64,000 nucleotides of DNA from Epithemia pelagica (Eukaryota; Protista; Bacillariophyta). Each line of letters opens with the position of its first letter. Position 1 is the stretch's first letter. The position numbers and the translations under genes are program-made. Shown in pieces: positions 58,425 through 64,000 of the stretch. The notes beneath the pieces are model-generated. The model ran no database searches. It was not told the DNA's origin and was given only the letters and a program-made list of their open reading frames with translations. The stretch covers positions 4,464,001-4,528,000 of the forward strand of contig OX337228.1 of NCBI GenBank assembly GCA_946965045.2. Direction: 5' to 3'.

Positions 58425-59657
58425 CTAGGTAGTTGTTGTGTCTGTTTCCTCGCTTCCAGATGCTTTTGTGGGGGAAACAAACACATCATTCCATCCGACT
58501 GCCATGTCCTTTAAATGTTCCACTGTCTCGGGATACTCTGACAGTTTAATGCATCCAGATATGTCAAACGATTCTAACCGTGTAAGGTTGCCAAGACTGG
58601 CAGGCAACGATGACAAACTTTTGCACGTCGACAGATCTAGAATCCGGAGACGCTCCAACTTTCCCAACGTAATAGGCAAGGATTGCAATTTCTTGCAGTT
58701 CCTTAAGTCCAATAAACATAAAGATACACAGTCACCGATCTCTTCCGGAAGATGTGTAAGGTTTTTGCATTTTGCCAGAACAAAATCCTCCAATTTAGTC
58801 CAATGCCCTATTGATCGTGGAAGAGATTTCAAGCCCATGCATTTGGACAGACCGACTTCAACCAGGTTCGCGCACTGGCCGATAGAAAGAGGAAGTTGCA
58901 ACACACACTTGCACTCTCGCATTTGGAGTACTTTCAGTCGAGAAAGACGACCAATAGAGTCAGGGATCATGGTAAGTGCCTTGCATTTCTCAAGACTAAG
59001 TTCCTCCAAACTCTTCAAATCCCCCAGAGTTTCTGGCAAAGTCACCAACACCTTGTTTCCACTAGATTGATGACTCCCTAACCGTAAACTGACCAGACTA
59101 TGGTTAAATTCAACATGCACGGTGTTAGAAGAGCCACCTACCTTCTGCCGGTGACATCCAATCGCCTGACAGGCATACATACAATCGCTACGTACTTCTC
59201 GAGGTATCCAATGGAATCGGGCAATCGTTCAATCATTTCAGAGTCTGTCAAGTCAAGCTTGGAACCGACAAACATGGAAAGTGCTGAAGTTTAGTCCACG
59301 TTTTGATCTCATCTACCTAGGCGACGGTATACTGTTTGCTGTGCTTACCTCTTGAAGTTGTTTCAACATCCCAATAGAATCCGGGAGTCTCTTGAGACGA
59401 GCGCATCGAGTCAATTTCAGTTGTTTTAATTGATCCAGCGATGTCAGATCGTTTCCCAAAGACGTGATGTATCGACTTTTGTCCAGTTCTAACTTCTCGA
59501 GACGTGGAAAGGGCACCAATGATGGCATGGTTTCCCACCGATCTTCATCCTGGACACCCTTCGCGCTTATTGAAATCACGGTTCCATCGGATGATGTTCC
59601 AAAAGCACACCCAATGAATTCATTTTTCGTGCCTTCCTCTTTCGGATTCGTCGCCAT
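58425..59657 (-). CDS. Leucine-rich-repeat-only protein (LxxLxLxxCxxLxxLPxSIG repeats); 3 exons
   Basis: About 10 repeats such as LEELSLEKCKALTMIPDSIGRL and LCLLDLRNCKKLQSLPITLGKL. Introns 59258-59348 and 59098-59195 restore LQE|LDLTDSEMIERLPDSIGYLE|NLVSLRL. Confidence 0.85.
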
Positions 59658-59858
59658 GGTCTCCAATAATTGCGACTGCTACTTTATCTACTCCTATCTA
59701 CTATCTACCTACCTAGCTAGAGGTAGCCGGATATTTTTCAAAATTCAAAAATTCAAACCCCGCATACTTTGAAGTTAACATCATACATACTGACCACGTA
59801 CCTTGCCATCATTCATTTGTTCTTTGATGTTTGACATCGGCGCATCGCAAATGTCACC

Positions 59859-60719
59859 ATGAACTCTATCTTTCCCGAAACCATGCCCTTCAAATCCATT
59901 GCCTTCATCTTTTTCCTTCTTAATTGTTTAGATACCAATGCATCCTTCCTCGTTCCCATGAGAATCCATACTGGTGACAGTTTGCGTTCGGTTTCTTTAT
60001 CCCCTCGATGTCTTATGCTGGGCGTCGATTCGAATGCCAACAGCAAAACGGAGAAATTTGATGGTACGGCAATGAACGAGGAGACTGAAAAGGAAATAGA
60101 GGGCTTGTCAGAAGTGTTTGAATCAAGTGGGAAAGCCGCAACTGGAACTGTGAATGAAAGATTGATAGCTGAACTTGAAGAGGTCACCGGCAAGGAAACG
60201 TCAGGATCACGCTCATCTTTCGCTAAAAAGTTGGGTTTGGATGCTTTTCGATCTAGCAAGACAGACGAAGAACGACGGGCTGCCATCCAAGAGGCCCGCA
60301 ATTTAAATGGCGTCAACCCCCTGGTCACTGCAGCAGGTGCAGTGTTTGCTTTGGGCGCCGCCTATGGTTTATGGATTCTGACGTCTTTTTTGGGAGTGTG
60401 GTTTGCCTCAAATCCTGTGGATAGTGAAGTATACTTCATCTCAAGAACTGCGGCTGTTTTCAGAAATGTTGTTGTTGGAATGGTATCGTTGGCCAGCGGT
60501 TTCTTTGGTGTTACAGGCTTGGGTATTTTCCTCTTGACCATTCGAGTGGCGTACGGAGTAACTTCGGGAGAACTGGATCCTACGCCCATTCGGAACAATG
60601 CATCAAAGACAGGAGTCAGTTCACCCCTACTGAAAGAAGATGAATTCCAATTAGGAAGTGCTTGGGATCTCATGAGAAACAAAAAGCCATCCCGTCGGAA
60701 CAACAGTGATGGCTTGTAA
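59859..60719 (+). CDS. Plastid-targeted membrane protein, DUF3082-like
   Basis: Presequence LLNCLDTNAS|FLVP. Two hydrophobic segments GAVFALGAAYGLWILT and RNVVVGMVSLASGFFGVTGLGIFLL resemble the cyanobacterial/plastid DUF3082 family. Confidence 0.7.
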   Translation: MNSIFPETMPFKSIAFIFFLLNCLDTNASFLVPMRIHTGDSLRSVSLSPRCLMLGVDSNANSKTEKFDGTAMNEETEKEIEGLSEVFESSGKAATGTVNERLIAELEEVTGKETSGSRSSFAKKLGLDAFRSSKTDEERRAAIQEARNLNGVNPLVTAAGAVFALGAAYGLWILTSFLGVWFASNPVDSEVYFISRTAAVFRNVVVGMVSLASGFFGVTGLGIFLLTIRVAYGVTSGELDPTPIRNNASKTGVSSPLLKEDEFQLGSAWDLMRNKKPSRRNNSDGL

Positions 60720-61227
60720 CTTGTAAAGCATGGCACGATCACGTGTGGTCATGAATTATCAATAGAATGTTTCTGATGCATAGTTATTTTTCTTCGGCGT
60801 CAGTGCTTTGGATATGGAGTACTCCCATGTTGTATTCGCCTTATGGTTGGTATATGGCTCGAGCAAAACGTGTTGTCGCTCCGAATAGTGAATCGATGTA
60901 AAAAAGTCCCTTCCGGGAGAGTGTGAAATATTGCGTGAAGGCCCATCAGTTCGCCGCGACACAGTCATCCTTGGAAAAATGCAAAGGATGAAGTTGTTAT
61001 CTCAACGATAGGCTGTTTTATAGTTATTCTGAAAGCATAAAAAACGCTTGGGATGAAAAGGTTTTTCAGCGACTGAAAGGCAAGTCACTGTCACTGGCAT
61101 ATGACCATTCGGATATTGAAAAGGACCAGAACGACTTCCAACTTTCAAGGCCTCCACCTCAAACGACAGCAGCGAAAACTTCAAAAGTGCAACTAACGAG
61201 CCGAATCCAAGGGATCAAACAAACAAC

Positions 61228-62169
61228 ATGTCTTTTTTTCGTTGGGGAAGCAGTAGCAGTAAGCCCCCGACGTCGAGCGAGGATGACTCCGAAAGGGCAG
61301 GCGACGACCAAATTCCGACGCCCTCGACTCCCAAGGCAACGACAGGAGGCAATGCACAAGATGCCCAACCACTTTCGCCTACCGCAGAAGACAACGAAAA
61401 AGAGATGAATATTGTTGTGGAAGACGAACCGCCGTCGGATCCGGTAAGAACCGAATTGGAAGAACAGGTTCGCCAACGAGATGCCTCGATTAGCGCTATG
61501 GAAAAGGCTCGTCAAGAAAAGACTCAAGAGCTTCAGTCTTTGGAATCTGAGCTGGAACAAGAACGTTTACAACAAATGAAAGAATCGTTAACGCACAAAA
61601 TCGAGTGTGAACGAATCAAAAAACAAACTCAACACGCCGAAGAACGATTGAAGGCCTTGGAGACGGATATGCAAGACAAGGCAGCTATTCATGAATATGC
61701 CAACCTAATCAAAGGCGTTGCTCCGAAAGGGGGTGTTGACTCACAATATGTCATGAAACTACAGGCCCAACTCCAAAAGGCTGTGAAGAAAATGGAAGCC
61801 ACTTCAGAACAAATGAAAGAACTAGAAGAAACCAATCGGACGGCTGTGGATGGTCTAACAAACGAGATCGCCTCGCTGGTAGAAGAGCGTTGTCGCACTG
61901 AACTTGAGTTGCGCAAGCAAATGGAACAGCTACAAGAGCAGAAAAGAGATATGCAGCTGCAGTATGAACAGCGAATTAGGGAAAATCTTAAAGTATTACA
62001 AGCACTGAAAGCTAAGGCTTTGAAGCAGACAACCATTGACGAATTGGAGGAAGAATTGATGGAAACCGAGTCGCGTCTGGAGGAGCTTCATCGCATTCAC
62101 GAACGACAAGCGCAAACAATTATCACTTTGCAGAAGACATTGTCATCAAACAGTCAAGAGGTCATGTAG
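61228..62169 (+). CDS. Coiled-coil hypothetical protein (313 aa)
   Basis: ATG-initiated ORF with a disordered N-terminus followed by E/K/Q/L heptad-rich sequence. No family recognised. Confidence 0.75.
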   Translation: MSFFRWGSSSSKPPTSSEDDSERAGDDQIPTPSTPKATTGGNAQDAQPLSPTAEDNEKEMNIVVEDEPPSDPVRTELEEQVRQRDASISAMEKARQEKTQELQSLESELEQERLQQMKESLTHKIECERIKKQTQHAEERLKALETDMQDKAAIHEYANLIKGVAPKGGVDSQYVMKLQAQLQKAVKKMEATSEQMKELEETNRTAVDGLTNEIASLVEERCRTELELRKQMEQLQEQKRDMQLQYEQRIRENLKVLQALKAKALKQTTIDELEEELMETESRLEELHRIHERQAQTIITLQKTLSSNSQEVM

Positions 62170-62727
62170 ACCGGTCCACGTTATTAAAACTACTCATTTG
62201 TTAGGGAGATGTTTTCGGAATTTACACCCATTATCGATCTTTCATTTTCTTGTTACAAGGGTAACAGAAGCAATTGGAAGAAACAGTTGTAGTCTTTACT
62301 TCTCTTGCTCTCCTACAATAAGGGAGTAGGAGTATACTGGGAGTTGGAACACGGGTTGCTTTGCTGGGTACTCCTACATACCTAGTTAACCTCTTAAGGC
62401 GAAGATACGTAGGCAAACTAGTAGCCGCCCTAGGCCATCTGGTATTCCGGAACTGTCCCGCCATTTGCATCCTACCATTATATGGGTACATGGCACCACG
62501 ATCGTATATCAACTACTCCCAGGAGTAGCTCTAGAGGTAGAGGTACTGGAGCAAAAGCTACTCTTGCTATCTTTAATTTATGGTCCCGGTCGCACATAGT
62601 CATGATGAGCAAATCGCAAAATCGCGGGATGGGCTGTAAAAGCGCGACGCGATTTGGAAGAAATTTTGGTGAGCGTGAGCACCAAAATCGCGCTTTTGCG
62701 CGACGATAGAATGGGCCCTCACAAGAA

Positions 62728-64000
62728 ATGTCGATCCTTCGATTGAGCGACTTCTGTGCCAAACCATTTGATCCACTCCATGTGCGACTTCGACTGCTTG
62801 AATGCGATGGAAGCATTCAATATCCAGAAGATTCCATCCAGTGTCATACCACAGCTATCGTTATCGTTACGATCGGCTTGCTTCGACGTCTCTCGCTTCG
62901 TAACGGAAGCGTAGTTTGGATCCGACCAACCGCTGAACAAACTGACAAAGGACGGTCGGAAAATGAGAGCCTTCCGAAAGGAATGATTTATCCAAAAAAA
63001 GGAACAATTGCAGCAAGACTTTATATGAATAACGATGACGTCCCACATCATCACACTTATGATATTATTCTCATTCATCCCATGACTGCAATTAATCTCG
63101 GGTTCTTTCCCAGTTGGAATACGAGAATCGATGCACTTGTGCTTCCATGTCGGTTTCGTTCCTTGAAGGAACTCTCCGTTGCTCGCAAAGTGACACTTCG
63201 TCCTTGGGGGAAATATCCGCAAGTGCCTCCATTGGGTAATGTCATGGATACAGCGAGTGTAACCTCTGACGACTCATGGATTCAACCAGGCTGCCTTCTA
63301 CAACCGGGGAAACTCTTCTCGATTGCTCATCGAAGACCAGAGACCGGCGTTGAGCAACACGATCACATTGCAGCGCGGATGTCATACTTTCAAGTTGTCG
63401 AAGTGATTTCAGACAATGGCAGACCTGATATGTCCCACTCATCTTATCTGATGAATTATGATGACAGCAAAACGGAGAACTTACCTTCGCTTTACCGCTC
63501 AGATCGAAGCACATCGTACAGAATGGAGACAATAACAAGGCCTTGGACATGTCCGCAACTCCCCTGTTTGTTCACTCACGATCACCCTGAGGGACATATA
63601 TCATGGAGTGCTCCTCCTCATCCCAATGTATCGCAGTTAGTTGATTCCATGAAATTGCCGGGCACTGCCACACCCTATCAACGAATCTTGACAGTATTGG
63701 GAAACTCGTCTGAGCATGGCGTGGAGAGCGCCGTTCGCACTGCAGCAGCGAGATCTGGTAGACGCTGTTTGACAGTTCACGGATTGGCAGCGCACGCTCA
63801 TCGGTGCACGGGTCTAGTGCGATCGGCAGGATTGATAGATAAGCTTTCCGGATTGAAACTGGCTTTGAGCCAAGCGTATGCTTCAGCTCCCTGTGTTTTG
63901 TTCCTGATGGATTTTGATTTGGAGTTGACTTCCCAAGATGTTCGACTGCGGCACGATGAAGAATCTAGGTTTCTATCCCTTCTTACGACCCGTGATGGCA
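62728..64000 (+). CDS. PEX6: Peroxisomal AAA-ATPase Pex6-like protein, N-terminal part (truncated by the window edge; absent from the ORF track)
   Basis: Manual translation: the frame is open from ATG 62728 (MSILRLSDF) to the window end with no stop. LRRLSLRNGSVVWI, ILIHPMTAINLG and ARKVTL resemble the Pex6 N-domains. A degenerate D1 AAA ring follows (VRTAAARSG...ALSQAYASAPCVLFLMDFD). Confidence 0.68.
   Translation, partial: MSILRLSDFCAKPFDPLHVRLRLLECDGSIQYPEDSIQCHTTAIVIVTIGLLRRLSLRNGSVVWIRPTAEQTDKGRSENESLPKGMIYPKKGTIAARLYMNNDDVPHHHTYDIILIHPMTAINLGFFPSWNTRIDALVLPCRFRSLKELSVARKVTLRPWGKYPQVPPLGNVMDTASVTSDDSWIQPGCLLQPGKLFSIAHRRPETGVEQHDHIAARMSYFQVVEVISDNGRPDMSHSSYLMNYDDSKTENLPSLYRSDRSTSYRMETITRPWTCPQLPCLFTHDHPEGHISWSAPPHPNVSQLVDSMKLPGTATPYQRILTVLGNSSEHGVESAVRTAAARSGRRCLTVHGLAAHAHRCTGLVRSAGLIDKLSGLKLALSQAYASAPCVLFLMDFDLELTSQDVRLRHDEESRFLSLLTTRDG

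Noticed and set aside
62719-63550. Minus-strand ORFs of 167 and 102 aa
   Set aside because: Antisense shadows of the long plus-strand PEX6-like frame.

Overview
Gene-dense eukaryotic nuclear DNA. It is most likely from a diatom, inferred from short GT-AG introns (about 57-105 nt), bipartite signal+transit (ASAFAP-type) plastid presequences and a CoDi-type copia element. I support about 27 host protein-coding genes: PRP28, a UbiE/MenG methyltransferase, an M1AP-like protein, a signal-peptide/WW/Pro-Gln protein, a PPR+GNAT-like fusion, a signal-peptide USP, RluA/D, APC2, a ProC-like reductase, pescadillo, two TatA/B paralogs, an FLVCR-like MFS transporter, delta-COP, CTF4, a SHAQKYF Myb, PIP5K, TAF5, RAD50, a 2OG-Fe(II) oxygenase-like protein, a Tat-type lumen protein, a phosducin-like protein, an LRR protein, DUF3082, two hypothetical proteins and a 3'-truncated PEX6-like ORF absent from the ORF track. 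A complete, very young 6.2-kb Ty1/copia LTR retrotransposon (32513-38739, minus strand, 279-bp LTRs, AACGG target-site duplication) sits 13 bp after the CTF4 stop. The most interesting observations are: the PPR-GNAT fusion (candidate RNA-guided organellar acetyltransferase); a signal-peptide WW protein carrying its own PPxY ligands; a copia element with a 14-bp palindrome where the tRNA primer-binding site should be and an apparent RNase H catalytic Glu-to-Lys change; 4-nt and 12-nt micro-exons and a 1-nt frameshift in RAD50; an M1AP-like meiotic gene; a tail-to-tail Tat paralog pair; and a recurrent CTACTCC(T/C)AGGAGTAG intergenic palindrome. No tRNA, rRNA or CRISPR array was recognised. All homology calls come from motif recognition by eye, not from database searches.
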